Shown here: positions 13,490-27,014 of the stretch, one piece after another
Layout: each line of letters starts with the position of its first letter
How positions within the stretch are numbered: the stretch's first letter is position 1
Assembly: GCA_010909165.1 (NCBI GenBank)
Contig: VJWM01000209.1
Span: 62,001 to 126,000 of the forward strand
Length of the DNA stretch: 64,000 nt
Direction: 5' to 3'
Source: Anthoceros angustus
Lineage: Eukaryota > Plantae > Anthocerotophyta
Position numbers and translations under genes: made by a program
The notes under the pieces: model-generated
Seen by the model: only the letters and a program-made list of their open reading frames with translations
What the model was told of the DNA's origin: nothing
Databases searched by the model: none

Positions 13490-14790
13490 GCAGACGGAAC
13501 CATATTCCATGTGTAGCGTCCCACGCTACCTGCCCTGTACACCTGCACAAGTTCCTCCGCCACGTGGCAAGCCACCATGTACCGACTCAGCGAGGATTTT
13601 CAACAGGCCTGACAAGGCCTGCATTTGCTCGTCCACCAAGCCTTCCATCTCCTGCATATCATAGAGGTTCCCTTGAATGACCGATTTTTGCAGCCAGGGT
13701 GTGCCGGACATCTGGTACCCTGTCAGGCACAGCCTGCGAGTAATATATGTCACAAAAGTTTATCTGCAGTCGGGAACCATATCCCATGTAGCGTCCCAAG
13801 GTACCTGCTCTGTACACCTGCACAAGCTCCTGCGCCACACGTGGCGAGCCACCATGTACCAACGCAGCGAGCATTTTCAACAGGCCTGACAAGGCTTCAT
13901 TTGGTTCCGTTGAATGACCGATATGTTGCAGCCAGGGTGCCGGACATCTGATACCCTGTCAGGCACAGACTTCAGTATATATATGACACAATGTTATAAT
14001 AGGGAATGCACAAAAGTTTCCATCTCCCCACACCTCATACCTCTGGACCATTAGGTTGCTCAGCATTACCATGCAGCTTCCAGCTCGAGTAGACATCACG
14101 CGCATTATTCAGTAACGAGAGCGAGTACCTTGCAATCCGCTCATCTCCTACCACGGACTCTTTTGTGGCTCCTGAAGAGCAGGCAGCAACATCAGCCAAC
14201 AGAGTTTCAAGTGTTTCTAACAAAAGCACCGGGCCTGTAGGTGGTGGGAGACTGTACCAGTCAATGACAGCTTCAACCTTGTCTCAACATCACGGATCTA
14301 TTGTACCAGCAATCCAGGTGTGTCAAGCGCATAGATGCTTGGATGTCTACCAACTTGGCACGACGCATGTTACCCACCTATGTCAATTGCCAGCAGGCAA
14401 AGGCTATCACCACTCGCCTCAGGCTGGAAGATGATGACATATATCAAGTGCTGGTAAGGACATATCCCAGACCTGGGAGCCTGATCTGTTTCGGTGACTC
14501 CAGGCAGAGGTCCAAGTTGCTTTTTCAAATGCTCCTGCAGTAGACAAAAGCTACGATCTCAGATAGACAAGGCTTGGCCTCCAAAGGCTCCAATGACTCT
14601 CCTGATGCTATATGACTCTCATGTGCAACAAACAGCGCTAGCAACAAACAGTACCTGGAAACCCCGATCTTGTGAGCTGACCCATCTTGTTCAGAATAGC
14701 TGACTTGCGCACGCCCTGGCGACATCAGCAGCAAGGTGGGCTCTTTCACTGGCTCTCTTTCAGCCAATCCCTTGCTTTCACGCATCAGCG
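13490..14790 (-). pseudogene. Decayed RbgA/YlqF-family (SIN2/DAR GTPase 2-like) GTPase, central and C-terminal exons, last exon tandemly duplicated
   Basis: EPTLLLM..V(R)KSAILN (degenerate G1, about 14695-14740), GPLPGVT (G2, 14493-14513), PSIYALDTPG (G3, 14313-14324), SVVGDERIARY..LLN and the C-terminal VYRAGTLGRYTW. In-frame stops are present (e.g. LLVQ*). The family call is from recalled motif context. Confidence 0.7.
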
Positions 14791-14799
14791 CCTGAAAGC

Positions 14800-15150
14800 T
14801 GAGAAATCAACAATCCATGTGACTGCATCCATCAAGGGTCCACCAAGCTTTCCATCTCCTGCAGGTCATCCAGGTTCCCATTGAATGACCGATATGTTGC
14901 AGCCAGGGTGTGCCGTACATCCGAGACCCTGCCAGGCACAGCCAGCGAGCATGACATAATATTAGAGGAACAAGACTGAACGAAAGTTTCCATCTCCCCA
15001 CACCAACTTGGAGAAGGCTTCATACCTTTGGACCGTCAGGTTGCTCAGCGTTCCCATCCAGCTTCCACCTTGAGTAAACATGGCGCGTATTGAGAAGCGA
15101 GCAAGTACCTCGCAATCCGCTCTTCTCCTACAACCGAGTCTTCTATGGTT
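14800..15150 (-). pseudogene. Second, diverged fragment of the same GTPase gene
   Basis: GTIEDSVVG(E)ERIARYLLASLNTR..WKLDGNAEQPDGPK and DVRHTLAATYRSFNGNLDDLQEMESLVD repeat the exons at 13900-14190 with substitutions. Confidence 0.65.
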
Positions 15151-15356
15151 CCTGAGGATTAAGCAGCAACATCAGCCAAATAGAGTTTCATATGGTTCTA
15201 ACGATGACACCAGTCCTGTAGGTGGTGGGGAGGCTGCAATACCAGTCAACTACCATCTTTAGGGTGGAACACTAATCTTACCTGGCCCAAACAGGCAATG
15301 GCTAGCCAAGACCCTTATTAGGGCCTGCGGAGAGAGGCACATGTCTTCAGAGCTTC

Positions 15357-16370
15357 GTCAGGATAAGAACTTTGGGGTTTCAAACCGACGCTGTAGAACA
15401 TGGTTCCCATGGCCAGGCACAAAGCAATTCATTGCAAGACGTAGCCAGTAGTAACCTACGTCTCTGGACATGTTGATGAAGGACCTTCGAGTGAGGGTAA
15501 AACACTGCATCAGGGTGCTGGCTTCGCTTCCTGTCGACTCTTGCAAGGGGCGGAATCTGCCATGGTGGACAAGGTATACCAGCATCCACAAAATGCTGAT
15601 TCAACACGCGTACGGGACATCCAGTCACCACATGGAAATGACAGGAGCACGCATTCAAATCGCGACGCCTGCTCCACCAATCTGATTATCCTCTACACGG
15701 CACCAACGTAGATCGTCCTGCAGAACTAGGTCGTTGAACAGCTCAAAGACTTCGCTGCTGGGCTGGTGAATAGAAGTGATGACAGTCCGTCCATCTGAAG
15801 CCAAATTCTTCAAGGTAGTCGTAACAAAGAAGGCTGCAGCACTGCAACAAGCCCACCTTCCATTTTAGCACTGAATGATGAGTAGAAGCAACAAAAAAAT
15901 AACTCCGAATGCACCATCCACACCTTTCCAAGTCACTGATAGGCTCATCCAGATGCAAAAAGCGAGGCTTGGTAAGCAGCTCCAAGGCAATGGTGACCCA
16001 TCTCCTCTCACCTCCGCTCACCCCTCTGAGATGTTAATTCTCTATGGGCGTGTGCAAAGCTTACTGAAGACCCATTCCTGGATCGTGGTGTTAATGATTC
16101 TGTGCCCTGGGCATCCTGACCGGAAGCCGGAAGAAAGCCGAGTACACCATAGTCTCAAATACGGTGAGCGTCCCGGGCAAGTTGTCATTCTGCGTCACAT
16201 AGGCCTACAATCACAGCAGCGATGAGCTCCCGAAGTGACAGTAACTGTCCCAGTCCCAGCCCCAAAACTCATTCCCACTTACCGCCACGCCGCACGACAG
16301 CCACTACTTGCTGCCATTGAGATAAATGTGCCCCGGGGCGTCTGCCTCGCATTCTTGGCCAACCTCCCTG
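15357..16370 (-). pseudogene. ABCG half-transporter fragment (ABCG11/WBC11-like), internal portion only
   Basis: AGRLAKNA, AYVTQNDNLPGTLTVFET, signature GVSGGERR (about 16000-16025), [42 protein letters not shown] and [24 protein letters not shown]. In-frame stops occur (MGLQ*, EN*HLRG). No Walker A or C-terminal TM exons were seen. Confidence 0.85.
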
Positions 16371-16779
16371 CCCAAACGACATTGTGATCCATCACACCGG
16401 TCACTTCCTGTGACGCGTTGTGCGAGATCAAGCCCTTCCCCAAGGACTCAACAAAACTGTCACGTCCCACATGCCTGCCAGAGTGTCGAGAAGGGTTGAT
16501 TTGCCGGAGAAGGCCCCATGATGTAGCACGTCATTCCTTATTTAGGCTTTCGTCTGTGACGCCTTCGTGTGATGATGGCATTGTACTTCTCGGTGTGGTG
16601 ATGCCGTCTGTGCTTCTTGGTGTGATCCTCCCAAACGTCAAACATTTTGAATCTGGTAATCGTCATCTCTCCAGGGAATCGAGACTTGTGATGGTGATCC
16701 CAATTGCAACCGGAGGGATCCAGGTGTCACAGTGTGTGTGAGGCAGCAGAGCCTCCGCGAAATTTGGCAGCCTTGAAAC

Positions 16780-17170
16780 GGGTCTGCGCGATGTGGTAAC
16801 CACCATGGTGGTTCCCGCCGGAGATCCAGAGAAGAAATCGCACGAGAACGAAAGGTGTGAGATCCGTAGCCTGGATCAGCTCATCCCCAACGTGTACGTG
16901 CCTTCTCCTGCTGTTCGATAAAACCCCGAGATCGGGATTGGCGGGACTGGTGGAGAGCTCAAACAGTCGCTGGCTAGGGTGCTGGTGCTCTTCTATCCCA
17001 TGGCGGGCAGGGTGGTGGAGAGGGCGGGCCAGCCGCCGCATCTGGTGTGCAACAATGCCGGTGCCGTCTTCACCTCCGCGCACGTGGACGCTCCCATGAG
17101 CCAAGTGTGTGGAGTCGGCATTCACTTCCAGCCGGTGCCACAAATCCAAGGGACATTGATGAGGCACAAA
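16780..17170 (+). pseudogene. BAHD acyltransferase, N-terminal fragment
   Basis: SLDQLIPNVYV, LKQSLARVLVLFYPMAGR (16958-17012) and LVCNNAGAVFTSA, typical of the BAHD N-terminal region. No HxxxD or DFGWG was found before the copia insertion. Confidence 0.7.
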
Positions 17171-17423
17171 GTTGAGATTGCAGAGGCGGAGGTGGAGGTG
17201 GGAAGCAAGCCCTTGTGGTTCATGTAAGCCTCAGCCTCTGAGTGTTGTGCAAATGGAAATCTTCCATGGGTGCTGTGGAATTCAGGTGGCGGGGCTGCGG
17301 CATATGCATGCAGGTGACGGATTTGAGTGTGGAATTCAGGTAGCGTGGCCCTGGCTGTCAGCTGGCTGCATGCCAGAGCATGGCATGACACGGAAGCGTA
17401 AAGAGGAAAGGCAGAAAAACAAT

Positions 17424-20365
17424 TGAGAGTGAAACAACCACGTCGAGGAGAACATATAAAAGTAGTTATAAAACCCAATCTAGGATACCTACTCATATGT
17501 CAGTAACCTAAGTAATAACTAAAAGTATTGTTCAAACGTGCCCTAAGTAGGGCTCTAACTTGCACAATCTCAACACTCCCACTCACGTTTGGAACAACGT
17601 GAAATGAGACTAACAAGCTAACATGTCCAGTTCACTCTTGATAAGAACATAAATGTATAGCAAGTTAACATATGATGAAGAAAAGCTCCCACTTATGAAG
17701 AACCACTTGATAAATCCACAAGGCCTAAAGCGGAAGAGAAATACTCATGCTTGGCCTTAGATAAACCTTTAGTAAATATATCGGCGAGGTTCTCCTCCGT
17801 GGGAACATACTCAATGGCGAGGTTCTCCTCCGTGGGAACATACTCAATAATACGTGATGCTTCGCAACTAATTGTCTTATAAAATGATGATGAACACCAA
17901 TATGCTTAGTTCGAGCATGGTACTTGGCATTCTTAGTTAACGCTATTGCCGACATATTGTCACAATACAATAAAGTTGGTGAGCCTTGAACTTGATCCAT
18001 CTCCGCTAATAAGGATCTTCCAGCTATAGCTTCCTTACCAGCTAGTGTCAAGGAAGCATACTCACTCTCAATTGAGTCTGTCACAATAAAGTTGGTGAGC
18101 CTTGAACTTGATCCATCTCCGCTAATAAGGATCTTCCATTCGGCTTCCTTACCGACTAGTGTCAAGGAAGCATACTCACTCTCAATTGAGCTAAGAGACA
18201 CACTCTGTTGCTTCTTACATGTCCATGAAAGCAATGACACTACACATGGTGAAACAATAGCTAGATAAGCTTTTCCTTGTAGCAGGATCTGCCGGTTGTC
18301 GCACCAACCACAAGTAGCAACCTTCTTGTTCCGGATCTCTTGTCAAGCCCAACATACATAGTTCCATATAGGAAGCGATAGATGCGTTTTACCCAACCCA
18401 ATGTGCTAAACCAGGATTAGAAAGGAATTGCGACACAATGGAAACAGCATGTGTGATGTCTGGACGAGTCCAACCACTAAGGAAAAGTAAACATCCTACT
18501 GCTTCCCTATAAGGTGTATGAAGCATCCTCTCCTGTTCCTCAGTTGTAGTAGGGCTGTCTTGAGTAGATAGGGTTTGCCCAGCTGCAAGTGGAGTGGCTG
18601 CAGGACATGCTGCCTCAAGCTTGAAGTGATTAAGAAGCTCTTTAACATACTTAGATTGATAAATGCTAAGTGTACCTTCTTCCCTATTCCGAGCAATCTG
18701 AACTCCAAGGCAATAAGTAAGAGTTCCAATATCCTTCATCTTGTACTTGGAACTAAGAGTTGCCTTAACTTCTGATAAGAGGTCTTGGCTATTCGTAGCA
18801 ATTATTATGTCATCCACATATAAAGCAATAATAACAAGCTTCCCATCCTTGCGTAGGAAATATACATTCTCATCAGAATCACAACGGACAAAGCCAATCT
18901 CTACAAGAGTGCCATCTATATCAGCATACCACTTCAAAGGAGATTGTTTGAGTCCGTAAATACATTTCAAAAGTCTGCAAACTAAGTCTCTAGTTTTAGG
19001 ATCTACAAACCCTTCGGGTTGCTCCATATAAATAAGCTCCTCTAATTTACCATATAGAAAAGCAGTGGTAACATCCATTTGTTGTAGATCTAAATCTAAC
19101 TCGACTGCTAATGCTAACAAGTATCTAATTGTCTCCAACTTAACAACTGGTGAAAAGGTCTCATGATAATCTACTCCAGGAACTTGACTATATCCCTTAG
19201 CACACAAACGTGCCTTGTAACGTTCTACACTACCATCAGCTTTCAATTTGATACGAAATACCCACTTACATTGAATTGGTTTCCTACCATAAGGGAGCTT
19301 AACTAATTCCCAAGTATTATTCTCTATCAAACTATTATATTCGGATAATATAGCTGCCTCCCACTTCTCCTTATCCGGTCCAGGATAATGCCTCTTCACG
19401 TGTGAGTTCAATAAGATTAATGCTATGTAGGCTTGGACTAATGAGGGACAGGAGTTAATGAGTTCACATCTAAATTGGGTTCATTTCTCAAATTAGATAA
19501 AGGGCAGCTAAAGAATTATTATTTTGGGTGTTGGAAATGGTTGGTGCGCAGTGGCAGATCTCTGGATGAGACTTGGGCGATTCTATGTGCAAAGAGGCAT
19601 CGGTGGTCACGGGATCGGATGTGCCAAGATGCAGCGCGAAGGCGCGTCCCTCCCAGATCGCACCCTCGGTGATACGGCTCAAGCCAGTGGAGATCTCTGG
19701 CGTCCTTGTGGGCGGCCAGTGGCTTGGATCGGGAGGAGGCTGTAGGTGAGGTTGCACCACAGGGTAGCCTTGCAGGAGATGTGCAAGGTGAGGCAAGCGC
19801 CCTATTGGATCGAGCTGCGGCTGATTTTGCTCTGGATTAAAGGCGCAGGTTTCTAGACCTTTGTGGGAGCAAGTCTTGCAGGATATGATGGCTGATTTAC
19901 AGGCCTTGTAAGGCGAGTACTTGTTGGGCGCCGGCCCTTGTCGGGTGTGTGCAGGCGCTCCCATCCTCGATCCCACTCGGACAGCTGCTGGTCATCAGCG
20001 CTCCCACTCACATCTGCAAGGTCAGAAGTCAAAGGAGCAACCTTGCCTGTATCTGCTGGTTCAGACGATAATGGATGGTGCTCCTCCAATTCTCTCCCTC
20101 GGCGGCTGGACAGCAGAGATTGCTCGTCAATAACAACACTCCTCGAATACATGATCCGCTGAGTCTCAGGGTTCACCAGCTTGTATCCCTTTATGCCTTC
20201 AGTATATCCCACAAACAGCATCTTGTTGGCCTTAGCATCGAGCTTCTGACGAAGTTGTTTGGATATATGAGCATATGCAGGTGCTCCGAAAATACGAAGA
20301 TGCAGCAAATGGGGTTTGAGTCCTAACAGCGTCTCTCAGCATAGGGGTTATTCTCCATTAAAGAG
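17424..20365 (-). mobile_element. 5'-truncated Ty1/copia retrotransposon (integrase C-terminal region, RT, RNase H, PPT, 3' LTR)
   Basis: HLRIFGAPAYAH..KLDAKANK..GYTEGIKGY (19853-20308), the RT ORF and RNase H ESEYASL..CDNMSAIAL..HARTKHI (17725-18240). On the minus strand the purine tract GTGAGTGGGAG is followed by TGTTGAGA starting at 17575. The left LTR end is uncertain, and gag and protease are absent. Confidence 0.9.
18389..19411 (-). CDS. Copia reverse transcriptase domain (open for 340 codons)
   Basis: KARLCAKGYSQVPGVDYHETFSPV, QMDVTTAFLYG, IYGLKQSP and LYVDD. Confidence 0.95.
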   Translation of the reverse strand: MNSHVKRHYPGPDKEKWEAAILSEYNSLIENNTWELVKLPYGRKPIQCKWVFRIKLKADGSVERYKARLCAKGYSQVPGVDYHETFSPVVKLETIRYLLALAVELDLDLQQMDVTTAFLYGKLEELIYMEQPEGFVDPKTRDLVCRLLKCIYGLKQSPLKWYADIDGTLVEIGFVRCDSDENVYFLRKDGKLVIIALYVDDIIIATNSQDLLSEVKATLSSKYKMKDIGTLTYCLGVQIARNREEGTLSIYQSKYVKELLNHFKLEAACPAATPLAAGQTLSTQDSPTTTEEQERMLHTPYREAVGCLLFLSGWTRPDITHAVSIVSQFLSNPGLAHWVG

Positions 20366-23300
20366 GTTTGGGTCCCTAAAGACCAAAAAATGACCCCCGA
20401 AAACGGGCCAAAATGCATCATCTTTAGCAAAACCACTCTTTAGACATGTCTTGAAAGACATTGACCATGTTATTTCTCGTGAATACTTACGCTACTTGAG
20501 TTTAAGCGAAGAAGGTTTTGATTTCACCTTCACAAGGAAGGGATTTCAAGGATTTTAACGGTGCTAGGAATCCTAAACACCTCTTTCGCGCGATAGTACT
20601 TCCTAGTAGGGTGAGCGTAGGCAAACCAAACAAAACTAGTCCAAAAGCCAAAGCTGCCGGACGTCGGCGCAACCAACATGCGACAATTGCAAGCCGAAAA
20701 GAAGCAACTTCGTCGGACGTCCGGCGCAATTGTGATAGAACGATCGATAGCTTGATCATGGCCATCTCGAGCAAACTCGACTCTAGAAAGTAGCGGACGA
20801 TACGGGTGCCTTGTACACAACCCGAGGATCTCCATTGTTAGAGTGAAAACATAGGAAGGAATTGGAGCAATGCGGACGTTCGGCACTTTGGTGCGAGTCT
20901 AAAACTGCGCCGGACGTCGGCGCAATTTAGACCCCAATCTTGCGGGCGTCCAGCGAGATGGAAATGGTGGAGTGGATGCGGCGGACGTCCGTATAAATGT
21001 ATATATATTGTTTGTATCCCTTCTAAAGCATCCACTCGGGTAAGGGTGGAGATAGACACCTGGTATAAGAGGTAAGGGTGGAGATAGACACCGGTATAAG
21101 AACTCCAGATTAAGCACCTCGGGTCGGATCGATGTCGAGGATGGGGTGCTTTGACTTTGGTGCTTTGAGAACTCCACGGATCGCACTTCTTGGGTCGGAT
21201 TAGTCCTAGGACGGGTTGCTTGTTTTGGCATAAGAACTCCAAGGTTAAGCACCCCGGGTCGGATCGATGCAGATGGGGTGCTTGACTTTGGTGCTTTGAG
21301 AACTCCAGTTAAGCACTCTTGGGTGGATTAGTACTAGGATGGGTTGCTTGTTTTGGCGCTTTGAAAACTTTGTAACAACTCCTTTGTTAAGCAACCTAGG
21401 CGTATCAATACCGGGATGGAGTGTTGATTTTAGTGGTTTGAAAAATTTGTAAATCATCCGGTATCTAGGCGTAAAGTCATGAATATTATTTTTGAAAATC
21501 ATTTGTTGGTTGATGTTATATTCTCACATTGCTTTGTAACTTGATGTCACCTGTGACGGTGACATCAAGTTAAGCACTCTTGGGTCGGATTAGTACTAGG
21601 ATGGGTTGCTTGTTTTGGCGCTTTGAAAACTTTGTAACAACTCCTTGTTAAGCAACCTAGGCGTATCAATACCGGGATGGAGTGTTGATTTTAGTGGTTT
21701 GAAAATTTGTAAATCATCCGGTATCTAGGCGTAAAGTCATGAATATTATTTTTGAAAATCATTTGTTGGTTGATGTTATATTCTCACATTCGCTTTGTAA
21801 CTTGATGTCACGTGACGGTGACATCAAAGTCTAGCATAAACTCTGTTTATCTCGGCTGCGTGGGTCAGAGAGGATGGAAAGGGCTCCAAAGGCCGAGGCA
21901 GAGGGCAGCCATCTGCCTCCTCGTCACAACGGCCTCGAATTCTTCATCCTCTCGCGATTTTCCTCACTTCACAAAATTAGAAAATCCGACATGAAAGCCA
22001 TACTTCTTATCACAATTCCGTGCTCATGGGAAGGATCAAAAAATATGGCTCTGATACCATATCGAGTTGTGTGGATTGTGGGTGAGAGCACGGGAGCGAG
22101 AGTGCACGAGGCACGAGGGGCAGGAAGGTAGTTATCGTTATGATCAAAGAAAAAAATAAAAAGAGTATATATGAGTATTTAGGTATTTAATTAAGTATAT
22201 AACCTGATTATGAAACTAACCTAAACTAACATAATTTCCTTTAAGCTCGGGAGGTTCTTTGTATCTTGGTTTGGGTCTTCATCTTCAAGGTTGAAGAAAT
22301 CTGCGATAATAGGATCTTCATTCAGTCAGTGCACTCATTGTAAAGCTCCAAATATCAACGAGACCACAGGTGCCACAAAATTTTTGGTTTGTGCCCAAGA
22401 AGAAGTCCATCTGCTCAAAAAGGCCAAGAGCGGTGTCCCCTTGATACATGCTTTACCTTTTCTCCTTCATCGTGTTCTTCTTGGCCTCTACTTTCTACTT
22501 GCTTACCTTGCTTCAACGACGGTCCAAATATATGGTGAAACCGCTGCAAATTTCATCACGAATGCTTCACCTCCAAATTGCCCTTGTTCACTTTGAAATA
22601 TTTCTCTTCAACATCAAAATTAGTTTTTGGGTGCCTTCATCTGTTCAAGTCGTCTTCTCCAAACCAACCTGCTGGCTGCATTATTCCACATGACCGTGGG
22701 AAAAATCTGTGCCGTAATGCAAAAGATCCGCCATGGCTTCCTTTTCAAGGCTAGCTAGGACGCAACGCGACTTGGTGTGGCTTTGTGAATCTCAATGTGT
22801 ATTATTTAATACAATACATAACATCTTGGGGGCGACCAATATGCACGGGATGAAGCACAGTGAGGGCAATGTATCAGTAAACACTTCGACTACGAGGTCT
22901 ACCGTAGTCGTGATGAAATGCTATATAAAGGCACAACGTCTTTTTATAAACTAGCTAGGCTGGTCATCACATAATCTACGATGAAAAGGGCAAAAGCGAA
23001 CACTTGGTTATTCTATGTGAGCAGGCCATCGGTTTATGATTACGCAAACCACTTCACGATCACATTTTCTTCACGATTAAGTATATTTCCTGCTGGTCCT
23101 AATTAAGTATAGTGAATGAATCACCACCGTTTGTGAATCTCAATGTGTATTATTTAATACAATACATAACATCTTGGGACCAATATGCACGGGATGAAGC
23201 ACGCAGTGAGGGCAATGTATGTCAGTAAACACTTCGACTACGAGGTCTACCGTAGTGAGTGGGGAAATGCTATATAAAGGCACAACGTCTTTTTATAAAC

Positions 23301-25810
23301 TAGCTAGGCTGGTCATCACATAATCTCTGCGTGAAAAGGGCAAAAGCGAACACTTGGTTATTCTATGTGAGCAGAGTCGGTTTGTGATTTACAACAAACC
23401 ACTTCACGATCACATTTTCTTCACGATTAAGTATATTTCTGCTGGTCCTAATTAAGTATAGTGAATGAATCACCACCGTTTGTGAATAAAGTTGAACTTC
23501 AAGTTTCTTTAGGCTCTGTCTCCTAAGGCTCTATCTCTTTAGGCTGTGTTGAAGAAACATTTGTGAATGGTGTTTCAAAAAACTAGACAATATCGTTGAA
23601 GTACACACGTAGTGTGGTTTTTTTAATACAAAATATGCTCAAATAAACCAAATAATATCATTGGAAAAACATGTATTTTATTTTCGAAAACACATATATT
23701 TTTGAAGAAACATGGATTGGGATTTATGAAATTTAAAAGACAGCTTGAAGACATACTTGAACAAACATGCATTATGTTGTAAAAACATGTATAGTGTTTG
23801 AGGAAACAAGCATTGTGTTTCAAAACCATAAAAGAATTGCTTGAAGAAACATTATAGTTAGAAGAAATATTACATTTTTCAAGTCTTGCCATTGTGCAGT
23901 GAAATTGATGTTGGGTATAGGCATGTAAATCCCCTATGTCACTGCAAAAGAAAGGACTGAAGATTCAAGCTAGGATGCTTGAGCGTGGCTTAGTCTTTGA
24001 ATTGGTGCCATTAATTTCAACTTAAATGAAGGAGAAGGCATAGCAATCTCACACTTAACAACGGATGAAGGAATTACACCAACTACAGTCCACCCCCTAA
24101 TTGGGACTGGTTGAGTGCCTTTAGAGGTCCCATTAAGGGAGGTGTCGATTGTATTTTCCCTATTTAAAAATAATAAAAATGTTATAAAATTTAAAACAAA
24201 TCAAAATACCCAAAAAAGAAAAAATAAAAAGAGTATATATGAGTATTTAGGTATTTAATTAAGTATATAACCTGATTATGAAACTAACCTAAACTAACAT
24301 AATTTCCTTTAAGCTCGGGAGGTTCTTTGTATCTTGGTTTGGGTCTTCATCTTCAAGGTTGAAGAAATCTGCGATAATAGGATCTTCATTCCACGTTAAG
24401 TGCACGCACTCAAGCAGAAGCTCCAAATATCAATAGACCACAGGTGCCACAAAATTTTTGGTTTGTGCCCAAGAAGAAGTCCATCTGCTCAAAAAAGGGC
24501 CAAGAGCCTGGTGTCCCCTTGATACATGCTTTACCTTTTCTCCTTCATCGTATTTCTTCTTCAGCGCCTCTACTTTCTACTTGCACTGCTTCCAACGTAC
24601 GGTCCAAGTACAGTATGGTGAAACCAGGCTGCAAATTTCATGCGAATGCTTCACCTCCAAATTGCCCTTGTTCACTTTGAAATATTTCTCTTCAACATCA
24701 AAATTAGTTTTTGGGTGCCTTCATCTGTTCAAGTCGTCTTCTCCAAACCAACTGTGGTGCATTATTCCACATGACCGTGGGAAAATGCATGCCGTAATGC
24801 AAAGATCCGCCATGGCTTCCTTTTCAAGGCTAGCTAGGGCCGTGACTTGTGTGGCTTTGTGAATCTCAATGTGTATTATTTAATACAATACATAACATCT
24901 TGGGGCGACCAATATGCTGCACGGGATGAAGCACGTGAGGGCAATGTATCAGTAAACACTTCGACTACGAGGTCTACCGTAGTCGTAGTGGGGAATGCTA
25001 TATAAAGGCACAACGTCTTTTTATAAACTAGCTAGGCTGGTCATCACATAATCTACGCAGTGAAAAGGGCAAAACGAACAGCAGCTTGGTTATTCTATGT
25101 GAACAGGCCATCAGTTTCGCAGTTACAAGCAAACCACTTCACGATCACATTTTCTTCCTGATTAAGTATATTTCCTGCTGGTCCTAATTAAGTATAGTGA
25201 ATGAATCACCACCGTTTGTGAATAAAGTTGAACTTCAAGTTTCTTTAGGCTCTGTCTCCTAAGGCTCTATCTCTTTAGGCTGTGTTGAAGAAACATTTGT
25301 GAATGGTGTTTCAAAAAACTAGACAATATCGTTGAAGTACACACGTAGTGTGGTTTTTTTAATACAAAATATGCTCAAATAAACCAAATAATATCGCGTG
25401 GAAAAACATGTATTTTATTTTCGAAAACACATATATTTTTTGAAGAAACATGGATTGGGATTTATGAAATTTAAAAGACAGCTTGAAGACATACTTGAAC
25501 AAACATGCATTATGTTGTAAAAACATGTATAGTGTTTGAGGAAACAAGCATTGTGTTTCAAAACCATAAAAGAATTGCTTGAAGAAACATTATAGTTAGA
25601 AGAAATATTACATTTTTCAAGTCTTGCCATTGTGCAATGAAATTGATGTTGGGTATAGGCATGTAAATCCCCTATGTCACTGCAAAAGAAAGGACTGAAG
25701 ATTCAAGCTAGGATGCTTGAGCGTGGCTTACTGCTGAATTGGTGCCATTAATTTCAACTTAAATGAAGGCATAGCAATCTCACACTTAGCACAACCTGGA
25801 TGAAGGAATT

Positions 25811-26316
25811 ACACCCCTAATTGGGACTGGTTGAGTGCCTTTAGAGGTCCCATTAAGGGAGGTGTCGATTGTATTTTCCCTATTTAAAAATAATAAAAAT
25901 GTTATAAAATTTAAAACAAATCAAAATACCCAAAGAAAATTTAAATTTTGATTGATAGGTTTCACTAAAAATAACTTTTACCAGTTCTTTATATAGTTTT
26001 TGAAAGCTAGCACTCTCTCTAGCGCATCAAAAACCTCTACCTATCATAAAGGAAAAAGCTTAGCTTAAGAGTCTTCAATCACACCTAAAAGTCTATAAAG
26101 CTCTGAAATAATGGATTCTTTTTCTTTTTTAGATTTTTAGTAAAAAATAGAAATCCCATTTAGGAGGTGAAACTAACATGAATGTATGCTTCAAAAGGTC
26201 CCAATTATCATTTAGGAAAAGTCCCATTTGTTACATTATAAACTAAAGGGAGTAGGATGGGAGGTCCCATTTAGAGAGGAATCCCATTTATAGAATTCCC
26301 AATTAGGGGCCGACTG
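25811..26316. mobile_element. Unit-B copy of the Tc1/mariner-like MITE
   Basis: Same interior as 3778-4304, with ends CCCCTAATTGGGA and TCCCAATTAGGGGCCGACTG. A further truncated copy starts at about 24085. Confidence 0.7.
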
Positions 26317-27014
26317 TGCTTGTACTTGCACCTGGTGCAAGTGCTAAGAACTCAGCTCAATCCATTTTCGTTGTCATCTCCATTCAAGTGTGTGACCACG
26401 CAGGAATTGGCGCACAAAGCTGATAACGGGCTTATCACGGGCCCAGGTAGAAACATTTAAATATGATTTACGAAACAGGAAACACCAAAGGAAGCTTGGA
26501 TAAATGAAAACCGTTTTGGTTTTAAAACCGCACGCGACACAGGTACAGTATTCACATGGAGGCGAGTCTTCATCGTACATGCCACATGCACGGACATGGA
26601 GGCAACGACCGTATACTGACCGCATACGGGATGGAGGTGGGGCCGACGGAGGCTGCCGGATGGTCAGGCCAATCTGCTTTTAAAGAATTCCTTGCAGCGC
26701 TGCTACTGGGGAGGGACTGCAGAAGCCTCTGCGTGCTTGAAATGCATTCCAGTCATTGAAAGTATCGCAGGGCAGTCACGGACGTGGTATTGGTTGTGGG
26801 GATTGGGTGGCGCTTGCAGCTACGAGAGGATAAGCCGGTCGCACGCCTTAACTTGCCTTCACTTCACAGCATTGATGCTGAGCATTGTGTGACCTCCACA
26901 GCTCATGAAGCTGAGCATTGTGTGAAGTGGGAGGAGTGCAGCTGCCTCTGCCTCTGCCTCTGCCTCTGCATTCTTGAGGTTGAATGCCGTTGTTGAAATA
27001 ATCGGAGGGCAGCC

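Noticed and set aside
15357-17170. ABCG transporter and BAHD acyltransferase as functional members of the terpenoid cluster
   Set aside because: The ABCG segment has in-frame stop codons (substitutions, not indels) and lacks both ends. The BAHD lacks HxxxD and DFGWG. Both are kept only as fragments.
1-20365. Copia elements as the recombination substrate that caused the segmental duplication
   Set aside because: Both copia remnants share the same truncation junction and downstream flank, so they were copied as part of the unit. The true left breakpoint is outside the window.
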